Positions 53,100 to 64,000 of a DNA stretch of 64,000 nt are shown one piece after another. Numbering within the stretch: the first letter of the stretch is position 1; the number at the start of each line of letters is the position of its first letter. Origin of the DNA: Paragordius varius (taxonomy: Eukaryota > Animalia > Nematomorpha); contig OZ176051.1 of NCBI GenBank assembly GCA_964247055.1, positions 9,238,001 through 9,302,000 on the forward strand. Reading direction: 5' to 3'. The notes under the pieces are model-generated. The model was not told the origin of the DNA, ran no database searches, and saw only the letters and a list, made by a program, of their open reading frames with translations. The translations under genes and the position numbers were made by a program.

Positions 53100-54560
53100 A
53101 CTCGCATGGCTTCTTAAGTTTTTTAAAAATTAGCTCCAAAACCATGCCATTTTTGTATGGCGTCTCGGTTTAAAACCGGTAGACTCCTACCCATAGACCT
53201 ATGTGGAAAAAGCGCCGAGTTAAATTCTTTGCCTTTATAGGGCAAATATTTGGAATGATCTATGATACCATCGTCTCATGGGTTATTCGAAAAAATACCT
53301 CAACACTAAATAATTCGTTATATGATGGCGTATTTTTACATAAAGGCCCCAAATTAACGGCTAATAAAAAAACACCAGACCTTAACTTTAACCCAGTTAC
53401 GTGTAATATTTCAAGCTTAATGAGCTCCAAAACAACGCAATTTCCATGAAGTGGCGCAGTTTTTGGTAGGTAGGTCCTTAACCGGGGGCAAATATAAAAA
53501 AAGCGTTGGCAAAATTTTTGCCTTAATTCGGGTAATACCTGAAATAATGATTAATTCCATATGGTCCCGTGGGATTTTTGAAAAATTGCGTCAAAACTAA
53601 AAAGTCATTCTAGGATGACGCATTTTCAGGACAAGGTCCTAATTAAGGGGTAATTTAATAAACCGCTCTACTTAAATATTTGCCTTTTACGGGTAATATT
53701 TCAAGCCCTTATTGGACTCATATGGCCTGATAAGTTTTCTGAAATTCGCAAAGTCACGATGTATCGATATGGTGCAGTTAGAGGCGGGTAGCCCTCTAGC
53801 CAGAGGCCTATAAAAAGACACGATAAAAATGTTTGCCCTTATAGGAGAATACCTGGAAATATAATTGATTTCATATGCTCTCCTTGGTTTTTGGAAAAAT
53901 GGCCTTAAAACTGAAAAATTATTCTATGGTGGTGCATTTTTCAGGGCCTTGAAGGGCCTAATTAACGGCTAATTTTAAAAAACCACATGACTTAAATTTT
54001 TGCCTTGTTCCTGGTAATATTTTTAGCACCTATTGAACTCATATGGCCTGTTTTCTGAAATTAAGCCCCAAAGGCACGATATTATGATATGACGGGGCAG
54101 TTTATAGCGTATATGTTTACCCAGCAAATATAAAAACACACGACCATTTCTGCCTTTTGAAAGGGAATATCTGGATTGAATTTTTACGGTATGATACCTT
54201 GGGCAAAAAAATAAAAAAATTATTTTTGTGGACCTAAGTGCCTAAATCAAAAAAGCGAGCCGACTATGTTCGACGCAATCGAAAAGAAAAGTGAAAAAAA
54301 AACATATTTGAAATCGAATGGTTTAACACGTTTTCCGGAAAATTGTCTCAAAGACGCGATATCTGTAAACTTCTGTTTTTTAAAAAACCGTTTAATACAC
54401 GGGGTGGGCCCGAACTGGAGGCCTAATTCAAAAAAATGACAAAGTTGTGAGGGCATTCATTGATAATTATATTTTTTCGATATTTGGATTTGAATGGGTA
54501 TACCAGTTTTCCGGAAACAGACCACAAATCCAGCATTTTTCATTTTTATAAATATATAGA
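53100..54560 (-). mobile_element. Helitron family member with an internal diverged tandem array; 3' end not found
   Basis: Minus-strand 5' end A|TCTATATATTTATAAAAATG at 54560; 54240-54560 is homologous to 12130-12450. ~300-bp units (anchor aattaacggctaat at 53352, 53641, 53960), each made of two ~150-bp subunits. Confidence 0.72.
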
Positions 54561-55405
54561 TTTCTTTGAAGTGTATTTACGTTCCGCAAATAAGATACAA
54601 TAGCGTAGCCTTTAAACAATGTTAGTCCATAATATAATAATAAAATATTTTTTCACATACACATTTCCTTAATATCCCCTTGTTTTTTAAAAAACATTGT
54701 TTTTATTCTTTTATGGACTAACAATGTTTTATACCATATACTACTGTAATGTAAATGCACGTTTACACTTATTCAACATTCGGTGACGTATTCTTTACAG
54801 CAGTAATGAAATGTAAAAAGGATAATCTAATTAAGATTTAATGAATTAGCCAAAAATTATATAAATTATCATACAAAAAATTTGTTATAAATGATTGTAG
54901 GGCAGTAAAACATATAAAATATTTGTATCTATTTGATATTCATGTATAAAGGTTATATAAATAAGCTCGTGACTATTTAGTTGAAGATCTTTGTCCCTAA
55001 TCTTAATTAATAAAAAATATTATTTATTTAATAATCCAGTGTTGTTTTTTCTTGGCTCTTTATTGTATCCACCTTTAGGGTGTAGGCTGGTTTATAATAT
55101 ATTTATTAATTTAAAAAAATTTTTTTATTTAAAACCCACTTTTTTTGTTTCAAACTATTTTTTTCTTTTAGAAAAAATATTACTTTATAAAAGTTTTAAA
55201 TATTAATAATTCAGAAAAATTATATATAACGTGTTTAACATCTTATTAAAATACAAATTAATTTAGAAAATTAATAAAAATATACGTCTGAATGATTAAA
55301 AATTGATATTGGTTTAAAGAGTATGTTGAATTAAGAAAATAGCTTAAAAATGATTAAATAGATGAATGATACACAATTTGATTGATAAAAGTTAAAAAGA
55401 AGTCA

Positions 55406-55533
55406 AAGGACCAACTTGAAGTGTTGAAGGCCCAACTTAAAATGTTCAATGATTGAAGTGTTTAAGGACCAACTTGAAGTGCCCAAGGACCAACTCAAAA
55501 TGTTCAATGATTAACCTGAAGTGTTCAAGGACC
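55406..55533. repeat. 21-bp minisatellite (~6 units)
   Basis: aaggaccaacttgaagtgttc consensus repeated with variation. Confidence 0.75.
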
Positions 55534-57131
55534 TCTTATATCAAATGGTGTTAACAGTCCTCCTCATAATCTAGACGGGTAGGTGCTTTTATACATGAGC
55601 GCTACAAGTGTACATTTAGTTAGCAAAATTTATTAGTATTAATTATCTTTTATACTCTCTTTAATTAAATAATGATTTGATTAATATGTGTAAATAGATT
55701 TTAATTTTTTTTTAATGTATTTAAATTGGTTGTAAGCTTTGTTCGACTGCCCAAATGTTATACTATTTCCACCTAAAATATTATAATCTTAATCGACATT
55801 TAAATTTACCCTAAATGAATTAAATGTTTTTCAAAAAAATATATTCATTATCCTAGTTTACGTGGAGTAGTTTTGTATCCCATAGCTCAATTTCGTAAGT
55901 AATCTACTGTTTTGAAAGTTATTTAATTTAAATGTAATCATCAAATTGTTCTTATATATTGAATAATGCTTTTACAGTGTGACTTTTAGAGTCTAAAACT
56001 GGGACAGTTACAAAACATTGAACCGAACAGATGATATTAAATAATATATATCATATTCTTGCTGGTAAGTAGCCTGAAAGCTCTTTAAAGTTAATTATTT
56101 ACATATAACCATAAATTTTACATTTTTTTAAATTTTTTATGGTAAAAGACTAAAATCATATTTTTGAATTCGGCTTAATATCTTAAATTTTAAGATATTC
56201 AAATTAGAAATCGCTCTGGATATAAAATTAACCCAAATGTAATGAAATGTTAAAATGAATTTGCTTATCAATATAATACAGAAAAAATGATAATTTCAAT
56301 TACGAAATTACATCAATAAGTATTTAAATGTGCCAAAAACCTATTTATTTTCAGGATGAATTTAATATTCTAGAGCAGGAGTCGGCAAAGTGCTCGCAAG
56401 CCAAACTTGGCTCGCCATGTGTTTTTATATAGCCAAATCATTTAAAAAAATTTAAAAAATTAAATTAAAGTTTAACCGTAAGCGTGCCGAAACCGGGCCT
56501 GTAAACAATTACAACTTTTTCAGAAAATCCAGCATTTTTTCATTTCACCAGATACTTTTATATCATATGTTTGCACATAAACATGCTCAAATTGACAACC
56601 ATGTTTCACTATTATTGATTTTAAATTTTGATATATGGTTAAGGTGACCAGACGTCCCGCTTTTGGCGGGACAGTCCCGCTTTTTCACACTTTGTCCCGC
56701 CTCCCGCTACGTTTATAAAATGTCCCGCTTTTTCATGATTATATAAAAACAATTTTTTTTAATACAAATAATTTTTTTTTAATACAAATAAATTTTTTTT
56801 ATTTTAAATTAAAATTTTTTATTTTTAAATTAAAAATATTTATTTTTTTCGAATTGATATCATATGATTATACACTTTCCTTCTTGCTACTACTGTCATT
56901 AATATCAAAAAGCCAAGTTACTAGATTAAAAGACAAATTGATACCATAAATCGATACCTTACACGCTTCCAGAAAATTAAGGTAATATAACATTTATTAT
57001 ACTAATATTTAGTTTTAAAACTTGCCAACATTATAAAAAATTCAAATTAATATTACAAATCGATACCTTACACGCTTTTTCCAGAAATTAAGGTAATATA
57101 ACATTTATTATACTAATAGTAGTTTATAAAT

Positions 57132-58954
57132 ATGAACACAAAAAGAGGCTGGAAATTCAATGATAAATTAATGAAAGATTTTCCTTGCATTAAAAAAACG
57201 AAGAATGAATCGTCTGTTAAATGTCTATGCGATGGGGAATTCACCCTGGCACATGGCGGCAAACATGACATAAAAGCATATTGATACACAGAAACATCAA
57301 AAATGTTTAATTATAACGGCATCATCTCACAAGATGAGCGATTTTTTTCGAAAAACCGCTTTTGGAGAGGAAGAAAAGAATTTAGCACTTGCTGAGGGCC
57401 TGTTTTCCTTTCACGCCTTAAATCATTGCCATTCATTTCGTTCAATGGATTGTACCTCACAGGTTATTCGCACGTTATTCAATAAAAAATTTACATGTGC
57501 CCGTACAAAGGCTGAAGCCATTGTGTGCAATGTTTTTTCGCCACATGCTTTTTCTGAAATACAAAAAAATTTGCTAAAAATTAATTTCTTTTCCCTATAC
57601 TCTGATGCTTCAAATCACCATGAAACAAAATTATTTCCTACTTTTCATCCAGAAACCGGAGTAAAAATTAAAATTTTAGATTTAATTTCCCTACCCGGTG
57701 AAAATTCTGAAATAATATTTACTTCAATAATGCATATTCTAGAAAAAAATAATTTAAAAGACAAAATTATCGCATATTGCGCTGACAACACCTATACGAA
57801 CTTTGGTGGAAAAGCAAGGAGAGGAACAAAAAATATTTTTCATAAATTAACAGATAATCTCAATCAAAACATTATTGGCGTTGGATGTGCAGCGCATATA
57901 ATACACAACGCTATTCAAACAGCTGCTGATTTGTTACCCTTAGATGTGGAAAATATAGTTGTTAAAATATATTCCTATTTTTATATATACACGGTGCGTG
58001 TTGAAACGCTTCTTGGATATAGTAAAACTCGTTGGTTAGCTTTTATGCCAGCTATCGAAAGAATTTTAAAAATATATGATCGATCCTTTAATATCCTATT
58101 TTTTATCACAGGACAAATGTCCTACAACTTTAAAAAAGTTTTTTGAAAGTGATTCTTCAAAAATATGGTTAGAATTCTTACATAATCAAGCTTCTCTCTT
58201 TCAAAATGTTATTAAATTTATTGAAGGTGACAAAATTTCGGCTGTCGAAGTAGCCAATGAAGTTAGTAACCTGAAATTCTAATGTCAAGAACGGTTAGAA
58301 AATAATTTTATTCCATTAACCATCCGCAATACAATAAATAATTTAGAAAAACAAGGCTTAATAAATCGCCAAGATATCCTGTACCATATAAAAATGTTTT
58401 ATACAAACTGTAAAGATTATTTGGAAGACTGGACGACGCAATTCAATGAAATTGATCATTTTCATTGGATAACATTAAAATCAGAATTTAATTGGTGCGA
58501 TGTTTAAAAATCATTTGATTATATCTGCTCCAAAAAATTCTCAAAAAGTGATCTTTCAGAAAATGATCTTTTTTCTGAAGTATCATTAGTTAAAAGATAT
58601 ATTAATAATGAAAAACTTAAATTATGGACTAAAGAAAAATATACAGTAGAAAAGAAATGGTTGGAAATATTTCATCATTTTGAAGTCAACTATATTACAT
58701 ACAATAATATTTTAAAAATTGTGGAATTCGCACTATCTTTACCTGGAACCAACGCTGCTACTGAGCGCGTTTTTTCCACAGTAAATCAGGTGTGGACATC
58801 GGAAAAATCAAATGTAAATGTTGAAACTTTGAAGGCCGTTTTATCTGTCAAATATAATTTGACAAATTCTTGTGAAGACTTCTACAATATTTTAAAAAAT
58901 GATGACAATCTGCTAAAACGCATTCACTCAAACAAAAAATATACCAAAGAATAA
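57132..58954 (+). pseudogene. hAT transposase, frameshifted with stops
   Basis: MNTKRG...KC.C...F..HGGK.DI (BED-like), YSDASNH, YCADNT.TNFGG, GCAAHIIHN, KTRWL, LSLPGTNAATERVFS; several frameshifts and stops. Confidence 0.9.
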
Positions 58955-58984
58955 ATATTTTCTTTAAAGTTTTTGTGTTAAAAA

Positions 58985-59825
58985 ACAAAATTACCTAAAA
59001 TATTGTATAAATCTTCATAATTTGTCAAATTATATTTGAACACATAAAATGGCTTTTATTTACCATTTTAATTTGATTCCGTGTCCTTACTTAATTTACT
59101 GTGGAAAAACGCGTTCAATAGCAGTGGTTCAGGTAAAGATAATGCAAATTCTACAATTAAAATAAAATTGTATGGAACATAATTTTTTTAAAAATGATTA
59201 TTTTAACCTATCCTACGTATTTTTTTCTGTTGTTTATAATATAAGCTTTCATTCAATATATTTATTTAATAATGAGACTTCAATAAAAAGTGACATTGTG
59301 CACCGTTTTGTCTTCCAAATAATCGTTTCTGTTTGTATAAAACATTTTTATATTCTGGCTATTCATTGAGCCTTGTTTTTCTGGATGCTTTATGATATTG
59401 CGATTAAGTAATGGTATAAAATTATTTTCTAACCTTTTTTGACTTGGAATTTTGACCTTTGTCCTGTGATAAAAATTAGGATTCTAGGAGATTCCATTTT
59501 TATAAATATTTCAATTGCTGGCAAAAGAGTTAACCAACAGTTCTGCAATATCCAAGCATTTTAACATCTATATTTTCCACACCCAGGAATAACAAATCAG
59601 TAGCTGTTTGAATAGCGTTGTGTATCTATCTGCCAATAATTTTTGTTTAAGATTATTCGCTAAATTGTTAAAAATATTTTTTGTGCCGCTTCTTGCATGA
59701 CCCAGCGCACTTTGTGATGATTTCGTCTTTATTATTTTTTTCTAGAATATTACAATCACTTCACCCTTTGTTCGTGCACATGTAAATTTATTGAATAAGG
59801 TACAAACAACCTGTGAGGTACAAAT
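58985..59825 (-). pseudogene. Antisense, internally deleted copy of the same transposase inside the element
   Basis: Reverse complement matches transposase segments: gtacctcacaggtt...tttacatgtgc, atacacaacgctattcaaacagct, ttgccagcaattgaa, gaatttgcattatctttacctg...gaacgcgtttttccacagtaaat, caaatataatttgacaaatt. This block is absent from the copy at 60477-62748. Confidence 0.82.
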
Positions 59826-60476
59826 TTTTTTATATTTATAATCTATTTGTGTTAAAAATAAATAAATATTACAATAAATTTTTTGTATAAAAATTTTTGG
59901 TTGTACCCCCCAATGACCCCCTCCCCCCTCAGATTTGTCCCGCTTTTTCCTTCAAAAAATCTGGTCACCTTATATATGGTATAATTATTTATATTTTATT
60001 GTAAAAAAAAATGTAGATAAAAAAAAACATAAATTACAAAGTTCCGCAAATTTAATGAAAAATTCATTAAAAATTTCAATAAACCGCTATGTTTAATTTG
60101 CAAAAAAAGAGTGTGTTAAGGAAATTTAATATACGACGCCACTACGAAACTAAAAGTTAAATAAATATATTAAAAAATCTAGACAAGATAAAATTAATTT
60201 TTTACGAAAGTCATTAGAACTACAACAAAAATTATCAAAAAAAATAAAATGAACAAAGTTCAACAGGTTGACGGTTGCAAAACTTGTTGAGAGTATCAGC
60301 ATTGAAAACACCAGATTTTAATGAATTAGCAAATTTAAGAACAGCAAGAAACATTGAATTTTTAATAGATGAATAGAATCAATAAACTATTATAGTCATG
60401 AAGAAAATGATATCTCATATTATTAGGTTTTAATTAAAAAGAACATTGATTAATCATAGTCATGTTATTGTATGTG

Positions 60477-62748
60477 TAGAGTGACCAGACGTCCCGCTTT
60501 TCACTTTGTCCAGCGTCCCGCTACGTTTTTAAAATTTCCCGCTTTTTCACGATTATATAAGAAAATTTTTTTTTAAATACATTTAAATTTTTTATAAAAT
60601 TTTTTTTTATCAGTTTAAATTTTTTATCATTAGTTATCTTCAAAATCATCAATTTTATACAAAAAATTTTATTTTTAAATAAAAATTATTTATTTTTTTC
60701 GAATTTAAATCATATGATTATACTCCTCGCTTCCTACTCCTACTGCCAACATTATCAAAAAGACAAATTAATACCACAAATCGGCAGCTAATACGTTTAC
60801 TCCAGAAAATTAGGGTAATATGATATTATACTAAGTTAAAAAATATGAGTACAAAAAGAGGTTTAAATTCAACGATGAATTAAAGAAAAAATTTCCTTTT
60901 ATCAAAAAAACGAAGAATGAATCATTTGTTAAATGTTCATTATGCGAGGGGGAATTCACCCTAGCACATGGCGGCAAGCATGATATTACAAAGCATATGG
61001 AAACACAGAAACATAAAATGTTGATATGGCGGTATTATCTTACAAAACGAGCGATTTTTATCAAAAAAACCGCTTTTGGAGAGGAAGAAAAGAATTTGGC
61101 ACTAGCCGAAGGCGTTTTATCTTTTTACGCCGTTAATCACAATCATTGATTTAGATCTATGGATTGTATCTCACAGGTTATTCGTACCCTATTCAATAAA
61201 AAATTTACATGTGCCCGTACAAAGGCTGAAGCCATTGTATGTAATGTCCTTTCGCCGCATGCATTTTCTGAAATACAAAAATATTTGCTGAGGAAACAAT
61301 ATTATTTTCCACTTTAATAAGATATTTTGATCCAGAAACTGGAGTAAAAATAATTTTAGATTTTATTTATCTACCCGGTGAAAATTCCGATATAATTTTT
61401 ACTTCAATAATAAATATAGAAAAAAATAATTTAAAAGTCAAAATCATCGCATATTGGCTGACAACACCAATACGAACTTTAGTGGAAAAGCAAGGAGGGG
61501 AACAAAAAATATTTTTCATAAATTAGCAGATAATCTTAATCAAAACATTATTGGCGTTGGGTGTGCAGCGCTATTACAAAACGCTAATCAAAATGTAGTT
61601 GTTGAAGTATATTCCTATTTTTATATATACACGGTGAATTCTGTGAAAATGCAGAAGTTCGAATGTCAAAAATGCTTGGATATTGAAAAACTAGTTGGTT
61701 GCTCTTCTGCCAGCTATCGAAGGAATTTTAAAAATGTATGATCCTTTAAAATCCTATTTTTTATCACAGGACAAATGTCCTACAACTTTGGAAAAGTTTT
61801 TTGAAAGTGATTCTTCAAAAATATGGTTAGAATTCTTACATCAAGCTTCTCTCTTTCAAAATGTTATTAAATTGATAGAAGGAGAATTTCGGCAATCGAA
61901 GTAGCCAATGAAGTTAGTAACCTAAAATTCCAATCTTAAGAAAGGTTAGAAAATAATTTTATACCATTAACCATCGGCAATATTATAAATAATTTTAAAA
62001 AAACTAGGCTTAATAAATCGTCAAAATATCCTGTACTATATAAAAATTTATACAAACTGTAAAGATATTTGGAAGACTGGACGGTGCAATTTAATTAAAT
62101 TGATCATTTTCATTGGATAACATTCAAACCAGAATTTAATTGGTGCGATGTTCAAAAATCATTTGATTACAACTGCATCTCCCAAAAATTCCCTAAAATC
62201 AATCTTTCAGAAAATGATCTTTTTTCTGAAGAATCATTAGTTAAAAAATATATAAATAAAAAACTTAAATTATGGACTAAGAAAAAATACAGTAGAAAAA
62301 TAATGGTTAGAAATATTTCATCATTTTGAAACAAACTATGTTCCATTAATATTATAAAAATGGTGGAATTGCACAATCTTTACCTGGAACCAACGCTGCT
62401 ACTGAGCGCTTTTTTTTCCACAGTAAATCAGGTGTGGACATCGGTAAAATCAAATTTAAATGTGGAAACTTTAAAGGCCATTTTATGTGTCAAATATAAT
62501 TTGACAAATTCTTGTGAAGACTTCTACAATATTTTAAAAAATGATGACAATCTGCTAAAACGCATTCACTCAAATAAAAAATATACCAAAGAATATGTTT
62601 TTTTATATTTATAATGTATTTGTGTTAAAAATAAATAAGTATTAAAATAAATTTTTGTATAAAATTTTTTGGTGGTAACCCTTCCCCCCCATGCCCCCCC
62701 TTTTTCAGATTTGTCCCGCTTTTTTCTTCAAAAAATCTGGTCACCCTA
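60477..62748 (+). mobile_element. Second Blackjack-like hAT copy, 2272 bp, transposase pseudogene ~60846-62600
   Basis: TAGAGTGACCAGA / TCTGGTCACCCTA; near-TSD TGTATGTG / GTTATGTG; colinear with 56640-59972 except for the antisense block. Confidence 0.9.
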
Positions 62749-63063
62749 GTTATGTGGCAAGTAATGTTAAGAATAAATTTTTTTTCCATTTTATTTAATT
62801 ACTATTATATTGACATAGAGTACTATTTTAATTATATTTTCAAGCGTAGTGCTCGCCTATAATATATTTTAAAAACGGCTCCCCTCCAAAAAAGGTTGAT
62901 CCCTGTAAGGTAAATAAAATCTTGGCGAGAAAAAATCAAAGGTATAAAGTGCAATGTGAATTGAGGCGTAATATTTAATCAAAAGCCAAATCCCGTACTT
63001 ATCTTATAATTATAATAAAATATGAGATGTGTTTTTATTAAATTTATATTAAAGTTTTAACAC

Positions 63064-63274
63064 CTCGTATACTTGATTAGCTACTAAGCTTGGCAAAGAA
63101 GGTAAATAACCATTAAAATATCTGGTACACAAAAATTGACATAACTCCAAATCTATTTGTGTATATTTTGGAGAAACTAATAATAGTAGTTTGTTGTCAG
63201 ATTCATCACATCTCAAATCGAGAGACCAACTCATGTTGTATCCTCTAACTAATATTGTGTTATCGAACACAATA
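63064..63274 (-). CDS. Possible internal exon of an unidentified gene
   Basis: AG/GT-bounded 211-nt open frame (IVFDNTILVRGYNMSWSLDLRCDESDNK...NQVYE); no family recognised and neighbouring exons not firmly joined. Confidence 0.3.
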
Positions 63275-63540
63275 CTATATTATTTTAAATATTCATATGC
63301 CCATTTTAATTCAACATTTAGGGTCGAAATCATTTTACTTTAAAATATATACATTTCATGGATAATGTTGTAAAACGGTGATAAATAAAACCTATTTTAT
63401 CAATATTTTCGACTCTATAATGTAAGGTGCGTACATTCATTTATTAATTTAGTATTATTTCAAATGTAATGAAAAAACTAGTGTGTTTGGGAAAAAAACT
63501 AAATATATATGATTATATAATTGATGCATATTCCAATTTT

Positions 63541-63746
63541 TTAATTTCGAATTCGATTGGACCATGCACCATATGCTCGAAGATAATCGTTATAGCTATT
63601 AAAATCATTGGGGTTCGGACGTCCAATATTTAGGTCTCCTTGTTGGCGATATGCCCAATCATTGTGAGCTCTAACGTAATCATTATGATTGGCGAAATCC
63701 CTAGGGTTCGGAGCACGAGCTGCAGCACCATTTCCACCACTTGATA
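63541..63746 (-). CDS. Terminal coding exon of an unknown gene extending past the window end
   Basis: Acceptor aaatag|; GC-richer than its flanks; 67 codons to TAA: SSGGNGAAARAPNPRDFANHNDYVRAHNDWAYRQQGDLNIGRPNPNDFNSYNDYLRAYGAWSNRIRN*. It contains an internal protein repeat. Missing from the ORF track because it has no start codon. Confidence 0.7.
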
Positions 63747-64000
63747 CTATTTATTTTTAGGTATATATGCAAAACTAAGAAGACAAACATTGAAAATAAA
63801 CGACTATAATATTTTTGTAAAAAATTATAGTTTTTTTATAATTAATATATATAAAAGCTTAATGCGTTCAAAAGAAAGTGACAAGTTTAAAAGTTTTATG
63901 CAAAATTAATAATCTTTTTAACAGATTATTTTTCACTCATTCATCTAATCGACTTGAAAAGGAATCTTCTTTTGTGGATTCAAAACTAGTACTTTTGTGA

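Larger units (their letters stand above)
56640..59972 (+). mobile_element. hAT element with Blackjack-like termini, 3333 bp
   Basis: TIRs TAAGGTGACCAGA / TCTGGTCACCTTA; perfect 8-bp TSD TATATGGT; subterminal gtcccgc repeats. The termini resemble the TAGGGTGACC ends of the hAT-Blackjack group. Confidence 0.93.
56376..60476 (+). mobile_element. Truncated, decayed Buster/SPIN-like hAT remnant interrupted by the Blackjack-like element
   Basis: 5' end ttcTAgag|CAGGAGTCGGCAAAG at 56376; BED-like remnant KPLCLICKK...EFNIRRHYETK at ~60080-60155; 3' end not found. Confidence 0.55.

Noticed and set aside
55406-55533. CRISPR-like array
   Set aside because: Contiguous tandem units without unique spacers, eukaryotic context, no cas genes.
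55975-56070. Exon-like segment ending in a strong ctg|gtaagt donor
   Set aside because: Stops in all three frames from the candidate acceptors; could be a non-coding exon but cannot be supported without RNA data.

Overview
Very AT-rich animal (invertebrate-type) genomic DNA; the species cannot be determined from the sequence alone. Four spliced protein-coding genes were reconstructed by hand with consistent GT-AG junctions and phases. They are a 5'-truncated GCKIII/STK24-25-type kinase (+, 712-9413), a secreted serpin (-, 16580-17988), RTF1 (+, 25986-35191) and a SIRT2-type sirtuin (+, ~43604-47825). The last exon of an unknown gene lies at the right edge (-). The rest is largely nested, mostly decayed transposons: hAT of Buster and Blackjack types, piggyBac-like, Chapaev-like and Tc1/mariner MITEs, Helitrons, RTE LINE remnants and a Penelope-like pLTR remnant. 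The most notable observations are these. (1) A class of ultra-short 23-26 nt spliceosomal introns, two of them inside invariant sirtuin motifs, coexists with normal and TE-inflated introns. (2) A 764-bp TSD-flanked insertion carries two inverted minimal type-I hammerhead ribozymes. (3) A hAT element contains an antisense copy of its own transposase. (4) Host proteins are unusually remodelled: a ~414-aa N/Q/P-rich tail on the kinase, a ~105-aa insert in the SIRT2 zinc domain, and a serpin with a non-inhibitory-type hinge and long loop. All coordinates, lengths and identities were read or counted by eye and not computed.
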